Shown: positions 16,561-26,325, numbered from the stretch's first letter. The stretch: DNA of 49,553 nt from a bacterium (GCA_043736515.1 JAYTCK010000045.1:1-49553); one strand, 5' to 3'. A program made the numbers and translations. The notes: generated from the sequence alone by a model not told the origin.

Positions 16561-17112
16561 TTATATCTTCTTGTTCTTCCACTCGCTCCGCAATAAGCCG
16601 AAATGGAGTATATCCTTCCACTTGCCCCCTTTAAATATTGCTTGGCGCGAGCGTCCTTCCTCTTTAAACCCGAGTGCAAGAGCGAGTTTCTGCATCCCCG
16701 CATTATCTTCTGTTGTACCCAAGAAAATACGATTTAAATTGAGCGCAGTGAAACCGTGATTGACAATGAGGTTGGTTGCTTCCCGACCGACTCCCTTTCC
16801 CCAGTATTTTTTGTTGCCAATAACGATTGCGAACTCAGCTGACTGATTGAGTACGTCGATGCTTTGCAGACTGACATTTCCAATGTGTACATCATCTTCT
16901 ATGGTAGCAATGGCAAGGACAAGATTCTCATGCGACTTGATCACATTTTCATAATATTCGCGCATATTTGCATCGTAGTTCGGAAATCTGTGATGTGAAT
17001 TGAATTCACATACATCGGCATCATTAAACCACTCGCGGTAGGTCGCATTCAGGTCCGCCTCAACGAGGGTGCGAAGGTAAACTGTACTTCCGATCAGAAA
17101 AGGATTATTCAT
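16561..17112 (-). CDS. GNAT (RimJ/RimL-type) N-acyltransferase, PseH/SpsD-like role
   Basis: HIGNVSL, AEFAIVIGNKKYWGKGVG, NLNRI, GFKEEG; adjacent to pseB and neuB. Confidence 0.85.
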   Translation of the reverse strand: MNNPFLIGSTVYLRTLVEADLNATYREWFNDADVCEFNSHHRFPNYDANMREYYENVIKSHENLVLAIATIEDDVHIGNVSLQSIDVLNQSAEFAIVIGNKKYWGKGVGREATNLIVNHGFTALNLNRIFLGTTEDNAGMQKLALALGFKEEGRSRQAIFKGGKWKDILHFGLLRSEWKNKKI

Positions 17113-17135
17113 GGTTACGCTTCACAAAACACTCT

Positions 17136-18143
17136 TTATTGATTAATGAGCTGTTCCATTCGATCAACAATACGAAGTAGCTCTTCCTTGGTCATCTTTT
17201 TCTCGGCATTATTACTGGAAAAATGAAAATCTCCAGCTAGGCTTTTTCCGTTTTGGGTAAATTTCTTTAATTTTTCTTGAGTGGCCTCGCTTGCGTGTTC
17301 GGGTAATATCACATAGTAGTCATCCAGCTCTACTGCATGTCGCGATTCCTCGGTGGTCAGCAATATCTCGTGCACCTTTTCGCCAGGCCTTATGCCCATG
17401 ACATTGCGCTTGGCATTCGGGACAATGATGTCGAATAAGTCGCTCACTTTCATGGTGGGGGCCTTCGGAATAAATGTTTCTCCTCCCTCCATGTTTGCAA
17501 GCGCAAACAGAACAATCTCAAACGCCTGCTCAAGATCGATCCAGAAACGTGTCATGCGCTCATCGGTAATATGGACAGTATGGGCATCTCGGTTTTTTAT
17601 CAATTTCTCTACTATGCTGCCACGACTCCCCACCACGTTGCCGTAACGAACGACGCTGAACTTTGTCTCACCTCCATACGCATTACCGGCAACAAATAGT
17701 TTCTCCGCACATAATTTTGTAGAGCCGTAGAGATTGGCCGGCATCGCCGCTTTGTCTGTCGAAACAAGCAATACTTTTTCAACGCCGCGATCAATGGCGG
17801 CCTCGATCACATTTTGACTGCCAAGAATATTCGTCTTTACCGCTTCAAAAGGATTAAATTCGAGAGCGGGCACCTGCTTAAGAGCAGCGGCATGCACCAC
17901 AATATCCACGCCATGAAATGCGCGCTGTAGCCGTGGCAAGTCACGTACATCACCAAGAAAGTAGCGCATTCGCTCATCCTGTATCTCCGCCTCCATGACC
18001 GATTGCTTGAGTTCATCTCGCGAAAATACAATAACTTTCTTTGCATCAGAATTAGCAAGGATATATTTTATGAAATTACTTCCAAAAGAACCGGTTCCCC
18101 CAGTAATGAGCACTGTTTTATTTTTTAATATATTGAGATCCAT
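17136..18143 (-). CDS. pseB: UDP-N-acetylglucosamine 4,6-dehydratase (inverting), PseB/FlaA1 type
   Basis: LITGGTGSFG, FSRDELKQ, HAAALKQVP, STDKA, NLYGSTK, VRYGNVVGSRGS, MTRFWI, GIRPGEKVHE. Confidence 0.92.
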   Translation of the reverse strand: MDLNILKNKTVLITGGTGSFGSNFIKYILANSDAKKVIVFSRDELKQSVMEAEIQDERMRYFLGDVRDLPRLQRAFHGVDIVVHAAALKQVPALEFNPFEAVKTNILGSQNVIEAAIDRGVEKVLLVSTDKAAMPANLYGSTKLCAEKLFVAGNAYGGETKFSVVRYGNVVGSRGSIVEKLIKNRDAHTVHITDERMTRFWIDLEQAFEIVLFALANMEGGETFIPKAPTMKVSDLFDIIVPNAKRNVMGIRPGEKVHEILLTTEESRHAVELDDYYVILPEHASEATQEKLKKFTQNGKSLAGDFHFSSNNAEKKMTKEELLRIVDRMEQLINQ

Positions 18144-18173
18144 AGTGTGTTTTATATTACGGACATGAGGCGT

Positions 18174-19073
18174 TTAAATCAAGTTGGCAATATCCCTTAC
18201 ACGGCGAACGTGAATTATTTCACTAAAGGGCAGTTGTGATTTCTTGCCGGGAGGCGTTATGCTTATCGTCTTTATTCCTGAAAGCGAAGCAACTGCCATG
18301 GCTACCGTTTCAGTACCGATAACTACCCGGGCACGCAAAAGGTCGCGTACAATGTCATTTTCCGTAGATTTTTTTACTTGGATCTGCTTCAGGTACTTTT
18401 TTATAATTGCATCATAGCGGGTACGGTCATCGGCGGGATGAAAGCGGATGTAGAGCGAAAGCGAATTTTTTTTCTTTACCAGTATTGCCAAAAGGGTCTC
18501 AAATATCTGTTCCAATCCTGGGGCAACATCACTCAAAAAGAGAATCCCACGATCTTTCATGTGGGATGCACGCGCATCGCGATAGCGTTTCACAAAAGAG
18601 TGAAAATACTGATTGGGAACCAGTTTAATTTTGGTTTGAGGGAAACAATTTTTTGCTATTACTGATGCGTGTTTATCACCTACCCACATCTCATTAGGAA
18701 GATTTTTTTGCCAGCTTTTTTCAGGATACCCAAATCGCTCGCGGTAGCCGGACCATGATTCGAGATAAACTACTGTTTTCAGGTTATTTTTTTTTGCTTC
18801 TACGAGTGCGTCTCTTTCAATCGTTGTCATCCAGCCTGTTCCCAGGAGCACAAATTCTACATCTTTGTTTTTCTGCACAAGACGTGACAAGCCCTTCTTG
18901 GCAATAGGAACTTTTTTGAATGGAATATCTTCCCTTCGGAAAACTCGCGCGCCTGGTCCAGCCGCGTACACATGAAAATCCTTTTCAAGAAGATGTTTTT
19001 TAACGTACGCCGCAATAATCTCAGATCCCCCCGCATCATGTGTCACCACAAGGACCTTTTTCTTCATAGTCAT
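18174..19073 (-). CDS. GT-B-fold-like hypothetical protein (candidate UDP-sugar hydrolase or nonulosonate transferase)
   Basis: N-terminal VVTHDAGG, central RFHP and C-terminal VIGTETVAM..A...G..TIS pattern resemble the two Rossmann domains of GT-B proteins. Function is inference. Confidence 0.6.
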   Translation of the reverse strand: MTMKKKVLVVTHDAGGSEIIAAYVKKHLLEKDFHVYAAGPGARVFRREDIPFKKVPIAKKGLSRLVQKNKDVEFVLLGTGWMTTIERDALVEAKKNNLKTVVYLESWSGYRERFGYPEKSWQKNLPNEMWVGDKHASVIAKNCFPQTKIKLVPNQYFHSFVKRYRDARASHMKDRGILFLSDVAPGLEQIFETLLAILVKKKNSLSLYIRFHPADDRTRYDAIIKKYLKQIQVKKSTENDIVRDLLRARVVIGTETVAMAVASLSGIKTISITPPGKKSQLPFSEIIHVRRVRDIANLI

Positions 19074-20380
19074 GTTAGCTCTGCACGATTTTCATAAACT
19101 TTGTGAAATGCAGCAATAACATCATCGAGATCTGCTTGCGTCATTCCTGGCCGCATCATGTCATGGGTAAACATTTCTTTTTCATGCAAGCGCTCCACAA
19201 TGGGACACATGCCCTTTTCATAACGAGCTGTACCTTTATAGTATTCGGAGCGAAACGGATATCCTTTAGAGCCAAATGCGATTTGCTTTTGAAATAGCGG
19301 CAACATATAGATCGGTTTTACATACCCTCCACCCATGAGCACGCCCTCCTCCTCCTGAAGTAGCGTCGGGGGAAGCTCTGCATCAATCGCGGCAATAAAT
19401 TTTTCACGAGATACTCCGGTTTTTTCTTCGTCATAGAGAAACGGCTGCATGTAAAATACGTGTGTAGTCCCCGGGCGGACTTTTGCCGGCCTAAAGCCAG
19501 GCATATCCTGAGTGCGCGCATCAATGTATGCACAATTTTTCAGCCGCTCCGCCACCAGACCATCTAATTTTTTGAGCTGTTCGCGACCAATGGCAGCGAT
19601 TACTTCCGTCATCCTGAAATTATGGCCGACCATATTGGCAAGGTTGGTAACCCCCATGTCTCCCACAACTGCTTCGGCGTGATTGCGAATTAGCTGTAGT
19701 CTCTCTGCTAAGTCATCGTCATTCGTGACAACCACAGTCCCTTCGCCCGTATGAATATGCTTATGAAAATTAAGCGAGTACACACCAATATCAGACTGGG
19801 TGCCCGCAAATTTGCCATTATACTTACCACTTGGCACCTGTGCACTGTCCGCAATGACTTTGAGTCCGTGCTTTTTTGCGATCGCGTTTATTGCATCAGA
19901 ATCATGCGCCCCTCCAAAAAGATCAACTACGATAATCGCTTTCGTGCGCGGAGTGATCTTTTCCTCTATAGACTTAGGATCAAGACAGAAATATTCAGGC
20001 TCAACGTCAGCAAAAACTGGCACAGCTCCGTAGAATAAGGGCGCTGTGGCAGAGATGCACATACTATATGGAGTAACGATCACTTCATCGCCCGCCTCAA
20101 TGCCGATAGCTCCCATTGCGGCAATAAGCCCGGATGTTGCCGAGTTCATTGAAATGGCATGCTTCACATTGAATTTTTCACGCCACTCTTTCTCAAATGA
20201 CAGGACTTCGATTCCACCGAGAAACTGTTCGCCGTACGATCCTATAAACTTTGAAAGTGCGCCGCTTTCAATAACGCGCACAGCCGCTTTTTTTTCTTCT
20301 TCTCCTATTGGCTTATAGGCAGGAAACGGTCGGTCCTTTGCGCGCACTGGTGTGCCGCCATTAATGGCAAGTTTTTTCAT
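19070..20380 (-). CDS. DegT-family PLP aminotransferase, copy 2
   Basis: KLAINGG start, NSATSGL, IADSAQ, YSLNFHKHIHTGEG (PLP Lys), GHNFRMTE. Confidence 0.93.
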   Translation of the reverse strand: MKKLAINGGTPVRAKDRPFPAYKPIGEEEKKAAVRVIESGALSKFIGSYGEQFLGGIEVLSFEKEWREKFNVKHAISMNSATSGLIAAMGAIGIEAGDEVIVTPYSMCISATAPLFYGAVPVFADVEPEYFCLDPKSIEEKITPRTKAIIVVDLFGGAHDSDAINAIAKKHGLKVIADSAQVPSGKYNGKFAGTQSDIGVYSLNFHKHIHTGEGTVVVTNDDDLAERLQLIRNHAEAVVGDMGVTNLANMVGHNFRMTEVIAAIGREQLKKLDGLVAERLKNCAYIDARTQDMPGFRPAKVRPGTTHVFYMQPFLYDEEKTGVSREKFIAAIDAELPPTLLQEEEGVLMGGGYVKPIYMLPLFQKQIAFGSKGYPFRSEYYKGTARYEKGMCPIVERLHEKEMFTHDMMRPGMTQADLDDVIAAFHKVYENRAELT

Positions 20381-21360
20381 TATTTTTTAAGTGATCCTAA
20401 TAATCGGTAACAGGTTTCCTGGGTGCGCAATGCCTCTTCAAGGGATGATCTGGGGCTCTCCTTCCCGTCTGCAACGCAAACCACGTGTTCTACCATTCTT
20501 GTCATTGCATCAGCTAATTGCGTTTTCTTTGTTGTGGCTTTTCCAAGTACTCTATCGTCTGGATAAACGGAGTCAGAAATTACCTCCTGAATGACCATCT
20601 GCCTGCCTTCATCGATGAAGCGAATGCGTCTTTTTTCGGTAATGATATCAAACTCAAACACATAGAAACTGCGTTCATCTCCAGTCATAAGATAAAACTG
20701 GGGACAGCGTTCGAAGGTTACTACTCCGCCCATGGAGGGCTCACCGTCAGGAAAGTCGTTTACAATAAAGTGCATTTTCGAGGTCGTTGCTTCACCAAAC
20801 AGATACCGTGCAAGATCAATCATGTGGGACCCGTTGTGCAGTATCCCCTTGGAATAAATACCGCTTGCTGTGAGCACGCTTCCATATCGTCCTTTTATAA
20901 GCGCGTCACGCACCTCATTTACTGCCCCATCAAACCGGCGGCGAAAATTCACGATAACCGGGATTCCTGCTTTTTTTGCTGCACGACGAACTATTTCTAT
21001 TTCACTTTTTTCATTCACCACTGGTTTTTCAACAACTACGACTCTGGGGTTGCGGGCAAGTACATCAAGTAATATTTTTTTATGAGTAGCGTCCGGGGTT
21101 GCAATAACCACGATCTCTGGCCTGAGAACGTTGAGCATTAATTTGTGATCATTAAAATATGCTACCCCCCACTTGTCTGCCTCTTTTTTTCCACGAATTG
21201 CATCTATATCAGAAATGCCCACAAGCTCAGTCCGAACATTATTTGTTAAGGCATGGGCGTGCGTGAGTATACGGCTTGAGTGCGGTTTATCATAGCCCGA
21301 TGCAATCCGCCCCGCACCGATAATCACAGCTTTGTATTTGGTTTGTTTTTTAGAGCTCAT
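20380..21360 (-). CDS. Gfo/Idh/MocA NAD(P)-dependent oxidoreductase
   Basis: AVIIGAGRIA, IATPDATH, VEKPV, VNFRRRF, HNGSHMID. Start MSSKK (21360). Confidence 0.9.
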   Translation of the reverse strand: MSSKKQTKYKAVIIGAGRIASGYDKPHSSRILTHAHALTNNVRTELVGISDIDAIRGKKEADKWGVAYFNDHKLMLNVLRPEIVVIATPDATHKKILLDVLARNPRVVVVEKPVVNEKSEIEIVRRAAKKAGIPVIVNFRRRFDGAVNEVRDALIKGRYGSVLTASGIYSKGILHNGSHMIDLARYLFGEATTSKMHFIVNDFPDGEPSMGGVVTFERCPQFYLMTGDERSFYVFEFDIITEKRRIRFIDEGRQMVIQEVISDSVYPDDRVLGKATTKKTQLADAMTRMVEHVVCVADGKESPRSSLEEALRTQETCYRLLGSLKK

Positions 21361-22108
21361 GTGCTTCTTTTTGTTTAACAGTAGCATTTATTGCTACAAC
21401 TTCGGGATGCATCCGTAAGTGGTTAGTCACATCCGCAACCGTGAAATTTGGATTTGTAATCATCAAAGCATCACAGACGGCGCAGATAGCCTCATAATCC
21501 GAATGCTCATCAAGAGTCATGCGAAACTGGGGGGCAACAAGTTCTGGCGGTGCCACCCAGTTATACGTACGATATTTTTCAGGATGCTTGTATATATAAT
21601 ATGTTACATGCGTGCGATCGATGATGTCATCAGTCAAGCGTGCAACCTCAGCAAGTACGCTGGTCGGAAATACTTGCACCTCAAAGCCCACGGCATAAGT
21701 ATCCTTGATGCAATTTGCCGCATAATCAACATCGTGGGTAAAAAATTCTTCGATACCCCGATCGACAAGCTCAGGGTCGACAAACGGCGAATCCGCCATC
21801 GCTTCAACGATGATGTCGGCATGAACCGATTGAGCCGCTCCGAGTACCCTGCCTAGCACATCGGATTCACTCCCCCTGAACACATCAACTCCGAGTTTTT
21901 TGCCGAGTGCCTCCACCACATCATCGTTACTGTTTGTTGTGGTTGCGATGCATATGCCGTCAAGGTGTGTACTGCGCTTCAGTCTGTTTATCATTACCTC
22001 CAAAACAGGCACCCCGCCGATCGGAAGCAATACTTTTCCCGGTAAGCGCGAGGAGGTCATACGCGCCTCTATGGTTGCAACAATTTTCTCCTTTCTTCCG
22101 TTATACAT
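21350..22108 (-). CDS. SpsF-like cytidylyltransferase-family protein, copy 2
   Basis: EARMTSSRLPGKVL, RGSESDVLGR, RTHVT, RMTLDEHSDY. Confidence 0.87.
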   Translation of the reverse strand: MYNGRKEKIVATIEARMTSSRLPGKVLLPIGGVPVLEVMINRLKRSTHLDGICIATTTNSNDDVVEALGKKLGVDVFRGSESDVLGRVLGAAQSVHADIIVEAMADSPFVDPELVDRGIEEFFTHDVDYAANCIKDTYAVGFEVQVFPTSVLAEVARLTDDIIDRTHVTYYIYKHPEKYRTYNWVAPPELVAPQFRMTLDEHSDYEAICAVCDALMITNPNFTVADVTNHLRMHPEVVAINATVKQKEAHEL

Positions 22109-22114
22109 AGGCGT

Positions 22115-22123
22115 ATAATAACA
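22115..22123 (-). promoter_or_regulatory. Extended -10 promoter, leaderless-type
   Basis: TGT-TATTAT-6 nt-ATG (22108). Confidence 0.55.
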
Positions 22124-22194
22124 AACTCAAACCTCTTTCTCTAGGTTGCAGTATTATGTTATGGTACATCGAGTTTACGGTGAAATACTATAAA

Positions 22195-23409
22195 ATGAAA
22201 CCCATCGACGCAAAACCATTGTTTGACCATCTAAAGTACTGTACTCGCTGCTGTATCCCTGAGACGCAAGAAGGCATGAAGTTTGACGAGATGGGGATAT
22301 GCCAAGCATGTCAATCTTCCGAACAAAAAATTCATATCAACTGGATAGAGCGTGAAAAACAATTACAAAAAATTCTAGTCGATGCCAAGGCAAAGGCGGG
22401 TTCGAATTACGATTGTATTATCCCGATAAGTGGGGGCAAAGACAGCACGTATCAATTGCACGTTCTTACTAAAGTATATGGCATGAAACCTCTTGCTGTC
22501 ACATTCAGCCACAACTGGTGGAGTGAGACTGGATGGTATAACCTCCAAAATTCGCTAGAGATGTTCAATGTGGATCATATGACCTTCACTCCTAATCGTG
22601 CGCTCATCAACAAATTAGTAAAACGTTCTGTTGCAGAAATTGGAGATGTAAGCTGGCATGATCACGGTGGTGTTGGGTCATTTCCACTTCAGGTCGCGAC
22701 GCGCTTCAAGATACCCCTTCTTATCTGGGGAGAATCACTGGCAGAAAACTCGGGTCGCGCGACATACAATGACCCTGTGCACACCTTTGATAGAGAGTAC
22801 TTTATCAAACAGTCCGCAAAATTACGTGCTGATCAAATGGTGGGGGGGGATATTACTGCCAAGGACATGCATCCATTCGAAGTGCCCAGCCAAGAAGAAA
22901 TTGATGCCGTAGGTGTGTGGGGAATTCACCTCGGTGATTTTCTTTTTTGGGATGATGAGCGTCAAACAGAATTTTTGCGTGACACATATGGGTGGCGCGA
23001 AACAGAGATGGAGGGCACCTACAAGCGATATAAGAGTGTCGAAGATATTATGTACGGTATGCATGATTTTACTTGTTATCTCAAGCGGGGGTACGGAAGA
23101 ACAACAGAACTCGCGAGTCTCGATGTGAGGAACGGTCTCTTGACGCGAGATGAGGGATTCCAATTGATACAAAAACATGACCCGGAGCGGCCGGAGGCAC
23201 TGGATTATTACCTTGCCATTACCGGAGAAACAGAAGCAGAATTTTATGCAAAAATGGAGAGCATTCGCCACCCAAAGATGCGGGGAGTAGACATACCTGT
23301 CAAAGCAAAAACGCACAAAAATTCCGAACGAATTCTCCCTTTTCCCGAGCAACTCATAGCAAAATTTAATCAAAGCGGTGCCAAACGCTCATATATAGAT
23401 CAATTTTAA
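22195..23409 (+). CDS. N-acetyl sugar amidotransferase (WbuX/PseA-like, PP-loop ATP pyrophosphatase)
   Basis: N-terminal CTRC...CQAC, YDCIIPISGGKDS PP-loop, WGES, YLKRGYGR. Start set at MKPID (22195). Confidence 0.92.
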   Translation: MKPIDAKPLFDHLKYCTRCCIPETQEGMKFDEMGICQACQSSEQKIHINWIEREKQLQKILVDAKAKAGSNYDCIIPISGGKDSTYQLHVLTKVYGMKPLAVTFSHNWWSETGWYNLQNSLEMFNVDHMTFTPNRALINKLVKRSVAEIGDVSWHDHGGVGSFPLQVATRFKIPLLIWGESLAENSGRATYNDPVHTFDREYFIKQSAKLRADQMVGGDITAKDMHPFEVPSQEEIDAVGVWGIHLGDFLFWDDERQTEFLRDTYGWRETEMEGTYKRYKSVEDIMYGMHDFTCYLKRGYGRTTELASLDVRNGLLTRDEGFQLIQKHDPERPEALDYYLAITGETEAEFYAKMESIRHPKMRGVDIPVKAKTHKNSERILPFPEQLIAKFNQSGAKRSYIDQF

Positions 23410-23411
23410 AC

Positions 23412-24776
23412 ATGAACCGCTTATTTATCGACAACTCCATTGGAGAGATCATAGAAAAAATACGCACAAAGGAGCTTCTGCCTAGAAATGTAATGGGCGC
23501 TTCGCTTGAAAATATTAATGAGCTCGACAGTAAGTACAAAGCATGGGAAGCATACCGTGACCTAAACTGGCAGGAGCCAAATTTAAAAAATCCCATGGAT
23601 GGACCTGTACTTAGCGGGGCACTGCTTCCCCACATCCCGGTCGGAGTAAAAGACATCTACAATACTCACGACTTCCCTACGCAAATGGGGAGTAGTTTGT
23701 GGAAAGGATTTACTCCAGGAAACGATGCCCGTGCCGTATTTAATCTTAAAAGGCAGGGCGGTGTTGTAGTGGGAAAAACCGTTACAGCTGAATTCGCCGT
23801 ACACGCACTTGAGAAGACACTTAATCCCTGGGATATCACCAAAACACCAGGAACTTCATCGAGCGGATCGGCTGTCGCCGTGTCGCTTGGGCAAGTTCCT
23901 ATTGCAACAGGAACACAAACTGCCGGCTCCATTATTCGCCCCGCAAGCTTTTGTGGTGTTTTCGGGTGCAAGCCCTCTTTTGGGTTCATCCCACGAACAG
24001 GAATGCTCAAAACCACCGACTCGCTCGATACACCGGGTTTTTTTGTTATCCATCAAAAAGATCTCCGTCGAGGTTTTGATTCAATGCGCATAAGTGGAAA
24101 AGATTATCCCGTAAGCGACGCGGCGCTCTCTGACGTTACGCGTCAGCAAAAACATTCTGGACGGCCGTGGCGTGTCTGTTTTGTTAAAACACACACGTGG
24201 CACAATACGCCAAAATACGCAAAAGAGGCTATGGAAAATTTTATACAAAAGCTTTCATCTCAAAAAGGAGTTGTGGTCAGTGAGGCAAAACTCCCGTCAC
24301 AAATGGAGCATGCGCACGAGGTGCACGAAACTATCTACAACAAGGCTCTCTCGTACTATTTTCAACATGAGTATACGCAGGCAAACCAAATTTCTCCAAT
24401 AATGAGGGAGCTTATTGACCGCGGAGAGAAAGTATCACTTGCTGATTACAATCAAGCGATTAGCAGCCAAACGGAAATGATGTACGCTATGGACACTTTT
24501 TTAAAGGATTACGACGTACTCATCTCACTTAGTACCGCAGGCGAAGCTCCTCCCCGTGAAATCGCCGAACTCCCCGATCCGGCACTCATGTGGACGCTTA
24601 CCCACTTACCGGTCGTTTCTGTTCCTCAATTTACTTCGCCCTCGGGACTGCCGTTTGGCATGCAAGTGGTTGCAAGAAAATACAATGACTATTTATTGTT
24701 TGATTTTTTGGAACACATCGCCTCCTTGGGAATTATTCCTCAAAAAGCAGGATTTGCTGTTTCCAACAAGGTCTGA
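23412..24776 (+). CDS. Amidase-signature (GatA-like) enzyme
   Basis: GVKD (catalytic Lys), NPW, PGTSSSGS (cis-Ser), GTQTAGSIIRPASFCGV (nucleophile Ser), GLPFGMQ. Confidence 0.92.
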   Translation: MNRLFIDNSIGEIIEKIRTKELLPRNVMGASLENINELDSKYKAWEAYRDLNWQEPNLKNPMDGPVLSGALLPHIPVGVKDIYNTHDFPTQMGSSLWKGFTPGNDARAVFNLKRQGGVVVGKTVTAEFAVHALEKTLNPWDITKTPGTSSSGSAVAVSLGQVPIATGTQTAGSIIRPASFCGVFGCKPSFGFIPRTGMLKTTDSLDTPGFFVIHQKDLRRGFDSMRISGKDYPVSDAALSDVTRQQKHSGRPWRVCFVKTHTWHNTPKYAKEAMENFIQKLSSQKGVVVSEAKLPSQMEHAHEVHETIYNKALSYYFQHEYTQANQISPIMRELIDRGEKVSLADYNQAISSQTEMMYAMDTFLKDYDVLISLSTAGEAPPREIAELPDPALMWTLTHLPVVSVPQFTSPSGLPFGMQVVARKYNDYLLFDFLEHIASLGIIPQKAGFAVSNKV

Positions 24777-24804
24777 CATTAATTAATTTGCCCATACCCC
24801 TAAT

Positions 24805-26316
24805 ATGAAAATTTGTTTTTTTCTCCAGCGCCGTTTTGCTTACATTGGCCACGCCATGGCATGTAATATTAAAGAGTATTCACCCGGAGCCGAATTTTGC
24901 GCTGTGGTGCAATCGCGATTAAGTCTCGAGTTTATTCAGGCTCAGAAAGATATTACCTATACTTCCGTTCTGTTTGACGAAGATGTGCACCGCACACTTT
25001 ATAAAGAAGAACTTGACCTTGAGTATTTAAAGAGCATTGAAAAAGAATACGGCATCCCAAATCTTTGGCCATACCTCTATATTGATCGCGTCATTATGAA
25101 CGGTCAGCTTGTGCGCGAATACCCTTTCAACCATCCCACACTCTCGTATCGAGACATGCAGCGATGTCTTCAGGTAAACGCAAAAGCAATTATTGAATTT
25201 CTTGAAAAAGAAAAGCCAGACGCAGTTGTCATTTCTGTTGTTGGGTCTGTAGCAAGTACCATGCTCTATCACCTTGCAAAAAAGAAAGGCATCCAGGTTA
25301 TTAATATTGAATTCGCTCGGATCGGGAACCGTATCGCATATTCCGAAGATGATCGAACGTTCACGTGGGTAAAAAAACGCTTTGATGAAATCCAGGGTGG
25401 CCGCGTGTCAGCAGAGTTGGAATCAGCAAAAAAGTTTTTAGCAGAATTTCGTAATAATCCCGCCCCTTACGACGCAGAACATCAGCAAGAATACTATGGT
25501 AAAAAAGGTCGTTTCACGGCCTTGAAATTTTTGCATCCCAAACGACTGAGCAAAAACATTCCGTGGCACATCAAGACGTTTTTTGGTGACATCCGCAAGC
25601 GCAAAAATAAAGACTACATTGATATTTTTATCTGGTGGGCACTGTGGGACAAATTGAATCGTACCATTCGTAGCGTTATTGGCTTCGCGGATTTTTATAC
25701 TAAACCGGATTGGGGAGAGCGATTTGCGTATTTTCCACTCCACACAGAACCAGAAATTGCGATGATGCGCTATGCTCCGTACTACCCAAACCAACAAGAG
25801 CTTATCAGAGCGATCGCGCATGCCCTTCCCATTGATATGCTCCTCTATGTTAAAGAGCACCCGGGTATGGTCGGGTATCGTACACGTGCATATTATAAAG
25901 AGCTGTTAAAAATTCCCAATGTTCGCTTAATCAGCCCGAATGTTCCCGGTAATGATTTATCCCGACAAGCAGCGTTGACCACCACCATAACGAGTACCGC
26001 GGGCTGGGAAGCACTGTTGTGTAAAAAACCAGTAATAACCTTTGGGGACGCTTATTACAACGATGTTCCTGGGGTTTTGCGGTGCCGGGGGTTTGAAGAA
26101 CTACCCCATCTTGTAAAACAGCAATTAAACGAATGGGAAAATAATGATCAAACGCTACTCAATTACATAAGTGCATTATTGGAAGATTCTGTTGCTGTTG
26201 ACTTTGCTGCACTGTGGAATGAGGCAGCCCCCTTTGAAAAAATAGTAAGTGACACGGGTATGATAAATTTATCACGCGTTTTGGCAGATAAAATTAAACA
26301 CAATAAGCCTCAGTGA
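24805..26316 (+). CDS. Capsule polysaccharide synthesis family (KpsS/LipB-like) protein; putative ulosonic acid transferase
   Basis: C-terminal YFPLHTEPE, YVKEHP, TITSTAGWEALL..KPVITFG..YY pattern. Confidence 0.75.
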   Translation: MKICFFLQRRFAYIGHAMACNIKEYSPGAEFCAVVQSRLSLEFIQAQKDITYTSVLFDEDVHRTLYKEELDLEYLKSIEKEYGIPNLWPYLYIDRVIMNGQLVREYPFNHPTLSYRDMQRCLQVNAKAIIEFLEKEKPDAVVISVVGSVASTMLYHLAKKKGIQVINIEFARIGNRIAYSEDDRTFTWVKKRFDEIQGGRVSAELESAKKFLAEFRNNPAPYDAEHQQEYYGKKGRFTALKFLHPKRLSKNIPWHIKTFFGDIRKRKNKDYIDIFIWWALWDKLNRTIRSVIGFADFYTKPDWGERFAYFPLHTEPEIAMMRYAPYYPNQQELIRAIAHALPIDMLLYVKEHPGMVGYRTRAYYKELLKIPNVRLISPNVPGNDLSRQAALTTTITSTAGWEALLCKKPVITFGDAYYNDVPGVLRCRGFEELPHLVKQQLNEWENNDQTLLNYISALLEDSVAVDFAALWNEAAPFEKIVSDTGMINLSRVLADKIKHNKPQ

Positions 26317-26325
26317 CCAACATCA

